Translations under genes and position numbers: made by a program | Source of the DNA: Chrysomallon squamiferum | Lineage: Eukaryota > Animalia > Mollusca | Reading direction: 5' to 3' | NCBI GenBank assembly: GCA_012295275.1 | Contig: CM022665.1 | Span: 38,440,001-38,504,000 of the forward strand | Length of the DNA: 64,000 nucleotides | Notes under the pieces: generated by a model | What the model was told of the DNA's origin: nothing | Databases searched by the model: none | Seen by the model: only the letters and a program-made list of their open reading frames with translations | Part shown: in pieces, positions 28,760 through 43,860 of the stretch | Position numbering within the stretch: the first letter of the stretch is position 1 | Layout: every line of letters starts with the position of its first letter

Positions 28760-29837
28760 GTAAATGTTTATCTAGCTTTAAAATGAATAACAAAAGATTA
28801 AAGGTACAAGAAGTTTAGAATGTAATAAAATAGTGCTTTTGAAATCGATACGAAAACAGTCGAAAGAGAATTAATTAACTTTTAAATTCCGCGAGAGAAG
28901 AGGCTCGCAAAAAGAAAATAAAAGTGTAATATTTAAACGAACAAGCGCGTTCAGACAGAATGTTTCCATGTTTGCGTGCAGGCACTGAACAAACAGGGAT
29001 CCTTTTTATTTTATTTTTTATTAATTAATTTCTATGTGAATCGTTGCCAAACAATGACGAAGACGTCGACGAAGACGCCGATGAAGACACAGTAAGAACA
29101 AGAACAAAAGGTTATAACAATCTGTGTAGCCAGTGGTGATACCCCGGGCCAACGGCTTGATTGTATCCCCCCCCCCCCCAGAAACTCCAGTACAGGGCCT
29201 TGTACTGAGAAATGCGAGAAAGGAAGAAATGTTATGTATATGCAAAAAAAATAAAAAATAAAAAATAAAATCCTGGATGAAATAAACTTTTCATTCCAAT
29301 TAAATACAAATCAACAACGTTAATTTTGACCCAAATGTGATCTCCTCTCAGCAAAACATTTAAACTTCGTATTTTTATTACATTAATGAAAGGTATTATT
29401 TTTCATTCCGATTAAAGCTAAGTTAGTTAGTCGCTCTTATGACATGGAAGACCTATGATAAGCCTTTTTTCTTCTTCTTCTTTTTTTTTTTTTTTTTTTA
29501 TATATATTTTTTTTTAAATTAATTTCAGCTTTGAAAACGACTTTTCACAAGTTGCGTTTGAAAATGCAACGGTAAGCAGTAACATGAACAACGAAGATAA
29601 TTGAGACAGTTTAAAATTTCAAAAAATTTAATTTTACTTTGACACTTTGTACGTCACTGTGTCTGACTTAGTCTCTGACTGATTTCCTATCTACCATACC
29701 TTTTTCCTTTACTGTCAGTTTAAATATCAGTGAATCTATTTATCTGACTGTTTTTATTGCGTGTCTGTTATTTTTTTTCTCTGTCACACTGTCATATACT
29801 CTTTCTCTCACTCTCTTTCTTCTGTTATACATGCACA

Positions 29838-29839
<2 letters not shown>

Positions 29840-29919
<80 letters not shown>
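29840..29919 (+). repeat. (CT)n microsatellite
   Basis: Directly visible. Confidence 0.97.
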
Positions 29920-29922
<3 letters not shown>

Positions 29923-30304
29923 ACACTCTGTTGTTTTCTTTCATTCTATTTTGAAAACTTCGTCACGCCCTTCTTCGGTAACCGAAGTGAAATATAGATG
30001 TCACATTTTTCAACTTAAATTCAAAGCAGAAAGACGTTTTTCTTTCACTGCCGTAGTGAAAACATAATCCAACTTAGAACAGCTTTCGTCTTGTATTTCC
30101 TTTTTATTGCCTCTTTTATTCAGTTTCGCACCTTCTGCTGATTCTCAAGGGCGGGTCCCGTCGTATTTGTCGGGCATGTGACTTAGTTTTTGAAATGTAT
30201 TAAAGACATATCTGTAATGACATAAATATAACTTCAGATTTGGAAGTTTTGCTTTGTTTTGGAAAGTCTGCTGTGATAGTTTATACTATGCAGTGAAGGA
30301 AGAT

Positions 30305-30317
30305 TGATGATGATAAT

Positions 30318-30395
<78 letters not shown>

Positions 30396-30525
30396 TATTA
30401 TTATTATTGTTGTTGTTCTTGTCACTATTATTATTATTATTATTATTGTTACTACTTCTACTACTACTACTACTACTGCTGCTACTACTACTACGTCTAC
30501 TACTACTACTATTACTACTGCTTAT
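30305..30525 (+). repeat. (AAC)n(AAT)n(TAT)n(GTT)n then ACT-rich compound microsatellite
   Basis: Directly visible. Confidence 0.95.
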
Positions 30526-31703
30526 TGTTTCAAATTAATTTTATATAACATTAACGTATACAGATTCGATAGATTTCCTTTTCAAAAATTCATAATATTA
30601 CAAATTATATTTTATATAATATTCTGATATATAACCATGGTTTTGCGACCCTTCTCTATATATTCACGAAAACCCCACCAATGAAATCGCACCCGCACCT
30701 CCCCCCCCCTTTTTGTAATATAAGTCTTCACATCCTTGTAACACCCTCTAAAACGATGACTGATTATGGCGGTGTCACTTTACAGTAAAATAATAATAAT
30801 GAAGTATGTTCCTTAAAGATATTTATTCGATCTACTTTTATTAGCAGTGAAGCTGAACCATATAAGACGTTAATATTAAAACTTTTTTTTTCTTTATTAA
30901 TTATTTTTTTTAATTTTTTTTTTTTTTAAATGTCGATTTTTCACCCCAAAAAATTATAAAATATGTTTTTTGAAGATACATATCGGATGTTCAGTTATTA
31001 TTAAAGAAAAAGAAAAACAAAAAACAAAAGAAAAAAAAAAAGAAAGGAAAAAAAAAATAATTTGCGTGTACATTAATATCGAAGCAAATTGACAAAAGTA
31101 TTAAAATGTTAAATATATTATTAGATGAACGTAAATATTTTACATAACCAACGAAATAAAAAACTGCTATTTTAATTTAAACTTCAAGAAAATGTTATAA
31201 ACGTGAAAAAAACGAAGAGAGAATAAACATATTTGTTAACGACTAAACCATAGGTGACTCGAGTGATAAATGACTTTGTAAGAAGAAAAACAACAAAGAA
31301 TTGTTAATAAAAGATATAGTGATAGAAATACTATACGTGAATATATTAAGAAACGCACAGAAAGATGAGAAGAAAAATAAAGACTCTTTAAAAATTAAAA
31401 AAAAAAAAAATTAATAATAATATGTAATTACCCCCGAAAAAATATATACATGTATAAATCGTAATAGACTTGTCTACATAATACATACGTACGTTAAAAA
31501 TGTGTTGACATGAATACAAATAAATTACTTTAAGTAACTGACATGTAAATACAGATAAAGTAAAAAAAAATGTATTTAGATAAAAAAAGACACATTTTGA
31601 AGCAAAAAAAACAACAAAAAAACAAACCCAGACGTCTATATATTTTTTAAGTTTAAAAAGAAAGAAAGAAAATAAAAAAACCCACAGCAAGTAAAGACGA
31701 TAA

Positions 31704-31751
<48 letters not shown>

Positions 31752-32579
31752 TCAAAAAGAAAAGAAAAGAAAGAAAAAGGAAACAAAAAATCAACGTAGA
31801 CAGTAGAAAACAACAACAAACAAAACAAAAGTCTGACAAATAAGTCAGTCGCTGTCTCTTTCTATTAAATATTTAAATTCTCCGCTACTCTTAATTACAA
31901 GTCACAAAAAGCCTTGTAATACGATATATATATATATATATATAGATAGATAGATAGACAGATAAAAAAAAGTATTGTGTTCCAAAATCAAGACATGTAA
32001 TAAATAAACAGACCAATAAAAAAATAAAAAAATAAAAATAAAGAATATCCCCCCCCAAAAAACCCCACATTTAAAAATAAAATTTTGCTGAAATTGTAGA
32101 ACTGAGGCAAGAAATTTGTTAGTCCGTGAGTAATGCGTAGGTTTCAAGTATGTTAAGTCGTGTGATCAATTCTGTTCATTACTAACATCAAGCTTTTTTT
32201 TCATTCCAACCGATTCATCAACGATCTTCATCAGCACAATCATCATCATCATCATCATCTTCCCGATCATTATCATCAACATCATCGCTATAGTAACCAA
32301 ACATCATTATAATGATCATTGTCATCAACATCAGCAACAGCATGCTAAGTAAAGGTATTAGACAAACACATCACAAATAATCGGTTCAGATTTGAAAAGC
32401 TAAGAAACAGAAAGGTGTACCCTAACACTCGTACCCTCCACCCATTTCCATCCCTGGATACAATTATTTACGAAAACAAGCGTAAAGTGACATTACATTG
32501 CCCATAGCAATATTTTTAAATTCTGAGTCATAGACATTTATATTTTATTTCATAAAAAAAAAAATAATAATAATAATAA

Positions 32580-32612
<33 letters not shown>

Positions 32613-32899
32613 TTTTTTTGTAGATTATAATTTTGATATGAAATTATAGTGTAAGTTTTTATGTGTAATTTTATATTTCCAGCCGACATGTTTTGGTTTA
32701 TGGGTCACAAACAACGACGTCAGTAACAAACACCTTTCATAATGGGGTCTTGTACACTTGTATACTATTTCACGTAATTGCAGTGTCAAAATTTGGGTGA
32801 ATTCATGCAGAGGCCTTAATTATAATTCTGGTTATTATGGCGATTTTAAAAATAAAATACATTCACTGACATACAAAAATAAAAATATCTTTCTTTGAA

Positions 32900-33230
32900 T
32901 TACTTCTTCGGCTACTACTGCCATTGCTGTTTCTACTACTACATCTACTACTACTTCTACGATTATAATTTCTACCACCGTCAACGTCACCAGAGTCAAC
33001 ATCACATCAGCCATTATAGCTACTACTTCTTCTACTACATCTACTAATACTACTACTATAACAGCAGCTACTAAAGTTACTATTAGTATTGTTGATATCA
33101 CGACCACGACTACCACCACTTCTACTACTACTACTACGACGACGACTATTACTACTACTATTGTTATTACCCCTCCTCTGCCTCTACTACTACTACTACA
33201 ACCACCATCACCACTACCACTATAACTATT
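32900..33230 (+). repeat. Degenerate (ACT)n low-complexity tract
   Basis: Directly visible. Confidence 0.9.
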
Positions 33231-33402
33231 TTTTATTCCCTAAAAAAAAAAAAATGACGACATCATCTTTTAAGAAATACTGATTTTGAACCAGATACTA
33301 CTGTTATTACTACTGCATTTATTATCGGCACAGCTAAATTACATGTACTATAATAAAAAAAAAATTATTAGAACGTTAAGAAATGTCAAGAATTTTCTAT
33401 TC

Positions 33403-33506
33403 TGGGGACATGACGTTAATGTACTAAAGCTGAGTTATGCTGAGGCGGAGGGTCAGGGAATCGATCCGCTCCGATAGACGCCCAGGGTTATATACCGTTC
33501 CAGTTC
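33403..33506 (+). mobile_element. Possible tRNA-derived SINE head remnant
   Basis: GGTCAGGGAATCGATCC (B-box-like) followed by GCCCAGGGTTAT..CGTTCCAG; resembles the 5' part of the same recalled SINE. Confidence 0.35.
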
Positions 33507-33766
33507 TTGCTCTTGACTGACTTCATTTAAAATAATAATAATATACTTTCGTATTTTTTATTTTGTCGCCAATTCATTCATATTTTAGTGCTTCTTAAAA
33601 TAGTTCAGAGATTGAAGATTCCGGTTTCAGTGTATTAACGTTGCTGTAAAGAGAGCTTACAACGTAATAGATCTAATAAAACGCTGGGATTTCTTGTTGG
33701 GAGACATAACGTATCGCTCAATTTTAATACGCGGGTTTATTGAGTTAAAAGACACTTGAGACGTCT

Positions 33767-33767
<1 letters not shown>

Positions 33768-33859
<92 letters not shown>
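33768..33859 (+). repeat. (CT)n microsatellite
   Basis: Directly visible. Confidence 0.97.
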
Positions 33860-33863
<4 letters not shown>

Positions 33864-34049
33864 GTATGTATGTATATTGAAGTTTATAATAACATTTATT
33901 TCGTCTAGACTAATATATCTAACAAAAAAAAATGGTGCTTCGTTATTTTTGAAATAATGCATAATGATCGCGTAGTATTTTCATCATAAAACCGAATTTT
34001 AAATTGTTATTGGAATATGTATTAAGTATTCTCTCAATTTAGGGGTTTG

Positions 34050-34245
34050 TAAATAAATAAATAAATAAAACGAACGAATAAATAAATAAATTAAATAAAA
34101 TGAATGAATGAGTGAATGAATAAATCAGCGCTTGAATAAATAAATGAATAATTAAATCAATTAACGCTCGAAAAAAAGAATAAAACGAATAAATAAATAA
34201 AATGAATGAATAAACAAATAAATAATTGAAAGAACGAAAAGATAA

Positions 34246-34288
<43 letters not shown>
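34050..34288 (+). repeat. Degenerate (TAAA)/(TGAA)n tract
   Basis: Directly visible. Confidence 0.9.
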
Positions 34289-36173
34289 CGCCAGACAATA
34301 CGAACTAGAAACACAATGTACGGGTGTCCAGGATTTAATCTTTCCGCATCTGTCTACAGACTGAAACGTTTAGTGTCCTCACGGAGAGGTCACTCGTGAA
34401 ACTGACCCATCCGTCTGTAACCCATCCATAGAAAAGAACGAACGAAAACGGACACGGAAATAACGTCGACACGGATTCGATGACCAACATTAAGACATGG
34501 ACGTTAATGCAGGTTTATCCACAAACAAACAACGAATCATAAACAAATCGAAAGACTGGCTAACGTTACCGCGTTGTCTAAAACAGGTTTTGTATTGCTG
34601 AAACCGAATGCGGAATATTTCGTTCGCGATCAGTGTGCATTTCCAGAAACCTATTAAAATATCTGTGTACCAGAAGATAATTGTTAAGTCTGGTTGAGAC
34701 CTAAATTGAGACATCGTGAGATTCTGGATTTATGTTTGTATTTTAAAAAAAACTAAAGACAAAAAAAAAAAAAAAAAAAAAAAAAAAATAAAAAAAAGAA
34801 GAAGAAAAAGAGTTTATATACTGACTGGAAAATAAAGAAAGATTAAGAAAAAATGGGGAGAGAGAGAGAGATAAATTGCTTGCTATATCTAGATCTATAT
34901 CGATAGACAGATAGATAGACATGAGACAGATATAGAAATAGATAGATAATGAGTTACTTTAATTTCTAGCACTAGATTAAGTGCAAATTATAATGAAACA
35001 AAATATTATATATATATAATACGCGGGCTTATATATATATATGTATTTTCTTCATTTCTTTTTCCTTTCTTCTATTACTATCATTATTTTTTGAGGTTTC
35101 ATTTATAAAAACGTGTTATGATCTAAAAACAGGTATGCACGTGGTCATACGGAATCTACAGAATTAGAACAACTCGTTTATCGAGGTAAACATAAGTTTC
35201 AATTATAGCGATATTATTTTCATCTGTTCGTGTTATATCGGGGATTTTCAGGGGTTAACAAACAGACGCCACTCCCTTTAGTTGATGCTTGTGTTTACCC
35301 CTCGCATCCTTAAGCCCGAGAAGGTCAGTATAAAATCATAAAGCAACAAAAGAAGCGTTTCTTTGCTCATATAGTTTTTCATCACTGCACCCAAAGAATG
35401 GTGGAACAGGAAAAAAAATACGACACTCACACCCTTCGCCCGATTGTGTGACTATTAGGAATAATGCGAGAATACGTAACTCGGTCATATATTCACGTGG
35501 ATTTGCCGGTCTCTGCGAGTTTCCAGTGATAGATATTACACCAACAGGTGTGTAAATGCCTGTATTTGACACCTCGTTTTCAAAGCACACAAACCTTATA
35601 TGACCAGATCACGCAACACGGTTTGAACCTGGTTGAGAGGGATGCGGTAGATAATTAGATTTGCATAGAAGTGTTGAATGTTGCACGGAACAGTTATGAA
35701 ACCCACGTGAGTCGAATGCTGCAGTTAGGACTGGTTTTTTTCTATTGTGCTGGACAGTTTCTCGCCCGTTTAAAAAGTGCTGATTTCAAGTGAGGATTCA
35801 AGCACGACTTTTCCGGGCAGATTGCTTTTAAATACATTTTTTTTTTTTTCATTTTTTTTTTTTTTTTCTTTCTTGACGATAGTGGTGTTAGTGTGATAGG
35901 GGATTAGTTGGAAAATAGAGGGTGTGGTGATCTAACATTTATAATGTTACAGTTTAAGCAAAAGATTTAGATATATGTAACATACAACACATTTTTATCA
36001 CCTACAGCAATACAAATAATGCAGTAATCGTATCACGGTCTTTTCACGGCTCTTGTTTTAGGAGATTAATTTAAAAGAAAGGTGGCATTACATTTAGATA
36101 CAGCTTTAAACTCAAAAATTCTATGGCAGAGGATTGTAAGGCCTAATGACCATAGACATCAACCTACATTTAG

Positions 36174-36264
36174 ACATTGACAAGGTGTAATTAGATAATA
36201 TTGTCGAGGTAAGTCAACCAAACACTGACACCATGTAATTAAATAATATTGTCCAGATAAGTCA
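36174..36264 (+). repeat. 48-bp period direct duplication
   Basis: ACA(T/C)TGACA...TGTAATTA(G/A)ATAATATTGTC.AG.TAAGTCA at 36174 and 36222. Confidence 0.85.
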
Positions 36265-37589
36265 CCTGTACTCCGAGTTACTATGATCGATGATGGCGCA
36301 ATTGTCCTGTCTTGTCCATCCGTACAGAGAAACGAACACCTACCACTACGTCAGGAATTCGAAAACACCCGGTTCTATTCACTGCTACAACGGCGCGAGA
36401 AAGAGAATAAGTACAAGCTTCGTAGATATTGCAATTAAAAGATCATTAATCATATTGACACCTGTAATACTTCAGTTTCCAGTTACTTACAGTACTTTTT
36501 TTTTTTTATTAGTTCGTAATAAAAGCGTATAAAACTGGTGGTCAAATTAGGTAAGGGATATTTTTGTTTATTTGCAAAGATACGGCAAAAGCGGATGCCC
36601 TTAGGGAGGGGGTGACCGTTTATGTCGCTATCCTTTTTTTCATTTTGTATTTTACTTACAAACTGTGTTTTTTTTTTTTTTATACAGAAACTTAAACTGT
36701 CTTAAACGTAATGTCGATCGTAAATTTATACTCTGTTAGAAGTTAAGACAATAATAGCGATCGCGCGTACATGCATATTTTCCATTCCTCTGAAAAATTG
36801 GATCCGCTCCTCTGTCTGCTGTTGTTGTTGTTTTCTTTTAAGGCGAAGACGTAGAGGGAGGAGATGAGATTATGTGACAGAGAAGAATTGGTGACAAGAT
36901 AAACAGTTTATTATTTATGACCAAACCAAACAGTCAACAACATGCCGTGATAACTCGTCACGCTGTTTCAAAACCACACAGCACACAAATACCTGTACAT
37001 ACAGATACACCGGCCGTTTTCCACCACCCACGGAACAGAATTTTTAATATTCTGTATTTATACCGTACAGCACGGACATAACACTTTAAATATACACAAT
37101 GAATCAAATCTGTACACGTACATATGTACATGCATACATATTTACAAATTTACATATATACGGGCGTACCTACGTACATACGTGTATATATATATATATA
37201 TATATCTATACCTATATCCGTACACCCCCACCCACCCACATTTCACATTCTAAATAAAGTAGCATTTGGCATAGAGCGACTTCTTGACTTCTTGTTGTAA
37301 ATATCTGATGTAAAGAGTCTTCAAAATAAAACCTATAAATCTTACCTGAAGTTGACAACCTGAGATCCCATTCATTTTTGTTGGGGTTTTTTGTTGTTTT
37401 TTCTTAAAATAAAAATAAAGTCTTAAAATAAATAAACATTTGTAGAACACTTTTACTGTTTGACTTGATCAACAATGTCGAGACGTCATGCCACTGTTGA
37501 CGTCATATCTGTTTTGTTTAAAACCTTATGACGCAATCCTCGTAGAGGCACTGCAGCATACACTGTGTATTGCAGCTGTTAGAACGGTT

Positions 37590-37945
37590 GCTGCTACTAC
37601 CACTACTACTACTACGTCTATTACTACTAATACTACTATTTCATGCATACTTACATACATGCATACATACATACTACTTAAACTACTACTGCTGCTGCTT
37701 CTACTGCAACTACTATCATAATTACTTCTACTGCTGCGATAATTACTACTACTGATGCTACTACGAGCAATGTTACTATTATTATTACTACCACTACTAC
37801 TACTACCACCATCACTGGTTCTAATGTGACTATTACCATTCTATTAGTACAACTATTATGATTCTTACAATTACTACTACTACCAGAACTGCAAATTGTA
37901 TCTAATACTGCCACAAAACAATTACTTCTACTACGCTACTGCTAC

Positions 37946-37977
<32 letters not shown>

Positions 37978-38140
37978 GTAGCATAATCAACAGCAACTAC
38001 ATCACATCGTCAACATCTTCTGCATGACCACCATAATCATCATCATCAACAACAACAACAACAATAATAATAATAATAATACTAATACTAATAATAAAAA
38101 TAACAGTTGTAGTAGTAATAAATAAATAAATAAATAGTGA
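37590..38140 (+). repeat. Degenerate (ACT)n, (AT)n, (AAC/AAT)n low-complexity block
   Basis: Directly visible. Confidence 0.9.
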
Positions 38141-38916
38141 ACCTCCAGCTAAAATATACACATATACAAACACGATAACTACGCAGTTATCTGTTCTGTG
38201 TTACGGAGAAAACGCTCTTTAACTGTGAAACCAAAAATGAACGGGTCACTCGTCGGCTCTTTCATCTCTCCACCGGTCCACGTAAAAACCATTTTATTGG
38301 CACATTCTTAGGGGATAAATGGCACATCAATGTAAATTTGGGAAATTAAAATTGATTTTTCTTTTTCAATCACATAACACAGCCGGGGACCTGTCCACGC
38401 GGGATTTTCTTTTTAAGCCCTCGAGGACGGCTGGTGGCCGGAGTCAAGAATGGGATGTTTATAACGAAGCTTTTGTAAAGTGGACAAAACGAAGAGTGAA
38501 AAGACTCTCACTGCGGAGATTCTCTTTCTGTAGTAAACCGAGGTGGAACAATGGGAAGGGAGATAAACGTTTAACAGACGAAGACACCCTTCGTTCTTCA
38601 GCGTCCTGCTTTTCAGACGTGGGCGTAATTGCGCTTGTTTGGAATGATCAAGTCATGTGAAAAATAAAAAAAATAATAAAAGGTGAAGAGAGGTTAAAAA
38701 GAGAGAGAAAGAGAGAGGGAGAGAGAGAGAGAGAGAGGGGGAGACACAGAGAGAAATAAAGTGGCGACGTAAATGTTGTACAATACATCGTCAGGTTCTT
38801 TTTCTAAATAAGCTTCCAGTGGAGCAGAGCAGTGAAGCAAATACTGAGACCATAAACGAAGATGGAACAAAACGATTAGAGAGACCAAAAAAAAAAAAAA
38901 AAAAAGAAAAGAGCTG

Positions 38917-39262
38917 TTTTGCAAAACAGAGCAAAACTACGCGAGAGAAAGAGGGTATTTTTTGAAATTAAAGCAAAAGAAAATTTTATGTTTTGCAAAT
39001 ACAGCTAAACTTATGCAAGCGAGAGGGATATTTTGCAAATAGACCTAAAAAAAAAAAAAAAAAAATGCGAGAAAAAGAGATATGTTTTGCAAACAGAGCA
39101 AAACTAAACGAGAGAAAACGCTATATTTTTGCAAATCACCCCGACCTGTGCAAGAGAAAAAAGGGACGTTTTGCAAACAGATGAAAAAATACGCGAGAGC
39201 AAGAGGTACGTTTTAGCAGACAAGAGCAAAACTGTGACAGATAAAGACAGATTTCTGCAACC
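38917..39262 (+). repeat. Degenerate 42-bp tandem array, core TTTTGCAAA (~9 copies)
   Basis: Cores at 38917, ~38959, 38991, 39031, 39085, 39127, 39169, 39211 and ~39252; approximate consensus TTTTGCAAACAGAGCAAAACTATGCGAGAGAAAGAGGTATG. Confidence 0.88.
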
Positions 39263-41165
39263 ACCACGCAGCAGAAACGACTGGAAACTGTAATTAGCTG
39301 TCGCGTCTGGCAAACTGTAAATTCATACATGTTCGGACAGGAACGGGGTGTGAAACGAGGTGCTATAGAATTATGTATTGTCGGTGCAAAGACAGTCGCA
39401 ATTAGCGATAATAATAGGCAAGACAACATGATGTGATCTGCTTCAACCTCGCAGACGAACGCCCACTGACTTTTAACGCAAGGAAACCAATGTGACGGAG
39501 ACACTGAGATGACATCTGATTAAACGGAAAAATAAAAGCATTTTACCACAGGCAGTGACAGAACAATCGAATGAACAGGGGGCATTAATTTTACTTGAAA
39601 ACGGTTTCGTACGGACAATTTGTACAGAGGAACAAGTCGGTACAAATCGTTGATTTAGTGAAATATGGGCTCGGGCTGCCGGTGCGACGTTTTACAGCGC
39701 TGCTGATTTTGGCAACAGCAGCCACAGCAACAACAACATCATCAAAATTGGGCTCGTGAGATCAGTGAGTACAGCATCAGCAACATCAAAATATGAAACA
39801 TGACGATGATGATGAAACCAAAAATTATGTCTGTAATAAAAAAAAATTTTGCAGTAAGACGAAAACTTGACGACTGGTGTAAGGACTGTACAATGAATGC
39901 AGATAATATTATTTTGTTTCAAAGAGTTTGGTCAAATTCAAATGCAACACTGTTCCCTGATTAGTACTTGTTTTATATAAGACTTGGAAGTAAAACAGTT
40001 TTATTACTGCAAAATTAACAACAACATAAACGAAAAAAAGAAACCTATTACTCAAAATTACCTATTTTCACTGGCTTGTTTAATAATATAAATAGTTTAT
40101 ACAGCTATCAGACTTAATCATACTATTGCTGCTACTAATATTATTGCCTCTGGTAATATTTCTACCACTGATATTGATACTCCAGTTTTCACTTAAAAAC
40201 GTCATACTGATTACGAAACGTCATATTTACATTACTACTACTACAAATACAATATACTAACACTGCCAGCAGAGAAAAGTATTACTATAATAACAAAATA
40301 CTAATAAGTCCATGCGTTTACTATCATTTCAATTTCTACTTCTTTTGTTACTAATATTACTACTACTATAACTTCAAATACTGCTATTAGCATTACTACG
40401 TCTGCTTCAACTATTTTTATTACTGATACTTCAACTTTCTACATAACTATATAATTAAGAGAAAAAAAGAAGAAGAAAAGAATAAACGATATCTGTATTT
40501 TAAAATCCTCCAGTCGATCACCGTTCTAACATCACCAGTCTCCCAAACAAACCAATTTAAGATGTAGCCCTCAGTCTTTTCTTAACCGTGTGCAAATTAT
40601 ATGCTCCGGTGCTTGACAATGCTCCGTGTTTTCGCTGTCTGCCCCCATATGGCTAGGGAGAAAGCCGAGACCTTGAGGATCCGCTCTTTCCTCAAAATGC
40701 CGTGTTTGATAGCCCCGGGAAACTCCGTGGGGGTCTCAAATTATATGTTATTGATTTATTGAAAAAATTCTTTACCTTGTGAAAACATCTTTCTGATTAA
40801 GCTAAGAAAATGATACATTTTCCCCAGTTTCACCTGGAACGCACCAGGATCGGGTTACCTGTTTGAAAATAACAACAATAATAATAATACAAAAAAAAAA
40901 AAAAAAAAAAAACAAATGACTGAGGTTACTTAGGATTTTACTATTATGATTATATTATTATTATTATCATTAATATTTTATTCCAAGTCAAAGGCACGGC
41001 GATACCTCCTAAGGAAACATACGTCTTGTCAAATACTTGTATTCACTTTTTAAAAGTAATTTATTTGCGTAACTTCTAACGTTTGACACACGAACACACA
41101 GCACTTTAAACTTTTGTAAAGAAAGTAATCAGATTAGCGGTTTTTTTTTTTCACTGTACTTTATG

Positions 41166-41167
<2 letters not shown>

Positions 41168-41217
<50 letters not shown>
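41168..41217 (+). repeat. (TG)n microsatellite
   Basis: Directly visible. Confidence 0.97.
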
Positions 41218-41220
<3 letters not shown>

Positions 41221-42378
41221 TTTGTTGAAGATGAAGATAACAATAACGATTATTACCATGAAGATGATGATGGTGATGATGATGACGGTGATAATAACGC
41301 TTATTTACTTTACTGCACTGATTTCATAAATCATTATAAATGATTTACAAAGCATGAACAACTAGACGTAACAGGAGGATTCTTGTATAAGAAAACAAAA
41401 GGTAAAGGATCCGCTGACAAAACTGAAGTAAGTATACACGTTAGTGTCCCATGGCGAAAAACACTACAGCAGTACAAAGTACCGATTCGCTTAAAACATC
41501 TACATACGCCAGTACATCTTAGTTTTACAATACACACTTCTAATTGTATACCATTACAGGACTGAAGGAAAGGATAATAATGATGAAAGGGTGAGACGGG
41601 GGCTATGGCAGTGTTTATGGCTATATGCTGGTTTAAAATAAGTACTTTAGTAATATTTAGGTACCAATTTGAGTTGTATTTAATATGGGTATTAAGCTAC
41701 AGAAAAAGGTCACACTTTGGGTACCAGCGTTTCGTACTGTGGCTGAACCTACGGCTACGACTGCGGCTGTGATTAGACATCATGAGATTATGGTTAATAC
41801 ATCGTGGCTTCATTTCTCTTTAAAATAACGCGGCCTGCAGTCTGTAATATGTTATAAAATAACGTCTTCAGCCAGGAGAGGAAATCCGATGTTTTCAGTA
41901 AAATTTTCATTACGTGCGTTTTTTCCCATACACCACATAACAACTGTTCAAATGGACGAAAACGGGGGCTAATACTTCACTGCAGTCAAAGATGGCATTT
42001 ACAGGGTAAATTAGTCATGCTAAGACTGTAATTATCAAGCCATTGGTTACATAATAACATTGCAGCTGCGGTCTTTATATTTCCTAAAGTTAGTCAGTAC
42101 ACACAATAATACGGCTGATGTTATTTTATTCTTTACTGTAATCCTCGGGACGTTGTATACAGCCACGTACGTTGTTACAATGACTGCACAATACAGTGGA
42201 AGAGAATACATTGAGAAATACACACATAAATACACATCTGTAATTATAAGCGTAACAGACAGACAGACACATACACACGTTACACACGTTAGTGTGTATG
42301 TGCACATACTGTCATATATAATGAAATATGAAATAAATACATACATAGATACAAATATATATACAAACATGCATCCAT

Positions 42379-42423
<45 letters not shown>

Positions 42424-42593
42424 AACACTTAAACAGATAAACATAGATACATAGATACATACATATATACACCTACATATAAACAAACTAATTTTTGATA
42501 CATATATACAAATTTCTTTATTGGTTTTGATATTATATTTGTAATGAGGTTTTCCTAAAAAAATTTATATATAATAATAATTTCTAAAAATAA

Positions 42594-42638
<45 letters not shown>

Positions 42639-43155
42639 GTAAATAAATAAATGAACAAATAAATAAATAGTTAGATAAATAAAAAATAAATATATAAAAA
42701 CAAAGGAAACAAACAAACAAACAAATAAACAAACAAACAAATAAATAAATAAAAAAAAATAACAAAAATACAACAAAGATAAGCGACCGTCGGATTCATA
42801 ATTACACCTGTGAACAACGTAAGGTTTATACATTTTGTACACGTTAAAACTTCAAAACTAAACTGCTAAACATCTCACCTATTTTAGTTTTCAGTTATAA
42901 CATTGACAAAATAAAAAAGCCCCTTACGTTCATACATCGCTAGCCATGGAATAGACGGTGGCGTATATTTGCTTGTTGTAGCAGCTAAACAAAAAAAAAG
43001 TACAAATGTTATAACGTCAGTAAAAGCGGAAAAACTTGATCCACGCATAGATGCAGAAAGCTACAGAATGTTTTATGTAATATGTGTATTTAGTTAAAGG
43101 TAACATTACGACATGCTCTGGTGCAGTTTACGCAGATGTGCTTAAGAGTACATAA

Positions 43156-43186
<31 letters not shown>

Positions 43187-43699
43187 TTCTGTACATAATG
43201 ATACTCTGTATCTCAAGTATGTGAAATTCGGTTACTTCATAAACGCTCTGATAAATTTAATATCCGTCTACAAGAACACACTTTTAAAAGATGTAATACA
43301 GTTTTAAAGAGGTCACGGTGTATTAAAAGGTGTAATCTTGCTCCTGTTTTTAATCGGTCAGTGTATAGATATGAAGAGAAAGAATTTAATTTTTTTTTTT
43401 TTTTTTTTTGAGATTCTATTCAGTGTTAAAATTGTGGACAGCCAAAAGAGTTACAAAAATCTTGCTTTAAAAGGAGTAGACAGGGGCCACCCTGAAGAGT
43501 GTGCCATATCGGATGGCCTAAGTGTTTATCACACAATGACCTTAGCCCCTCTTGACCCCTCCACTAATGATCGGGTGGCGAATGGTTGATTACTTTGAAG
43601 CAGTTACTTCAATGGACCTGACAAACCCATCATTCTTGACCGTTAAGACTGTCTGACTGATGGAATTAAATTAAGCTGAAAGCAAAGAGAATCGCCCGT

Positions 43700-43860
43700 G
43701 ACATGCGCACTCTGTTTCTGACACGTCATTTCGCGCTCAGCGCCAATGAAAACACAGATCAGACGTCACGAGGTACGGGAAGACAATGGACGTCATCTGT
43801 CCCAGCGCCAATCAAAGCACTGACCAGACGTCGCGAGCTTCGCAGACAATGCACGCACTT
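43700..43860. promoter_or_regulatory. Duplicated 65-bp CCAAT + CRE-like + Sox-like module
   Basis: CAGCGCCAAT at 43738 and 43803; CAGACGTC at 43760 and 43825; AGACAATG at 43781 and 43844; extra ACGTCA at ~43723 and ~43790. Confidence 0.45.

Noticed and set aside
38319-38660. 113-aa ATG-initiated ORF
   Set aside because: No recognisable motif or supporting gene structure; more consistent with a non-coding island.
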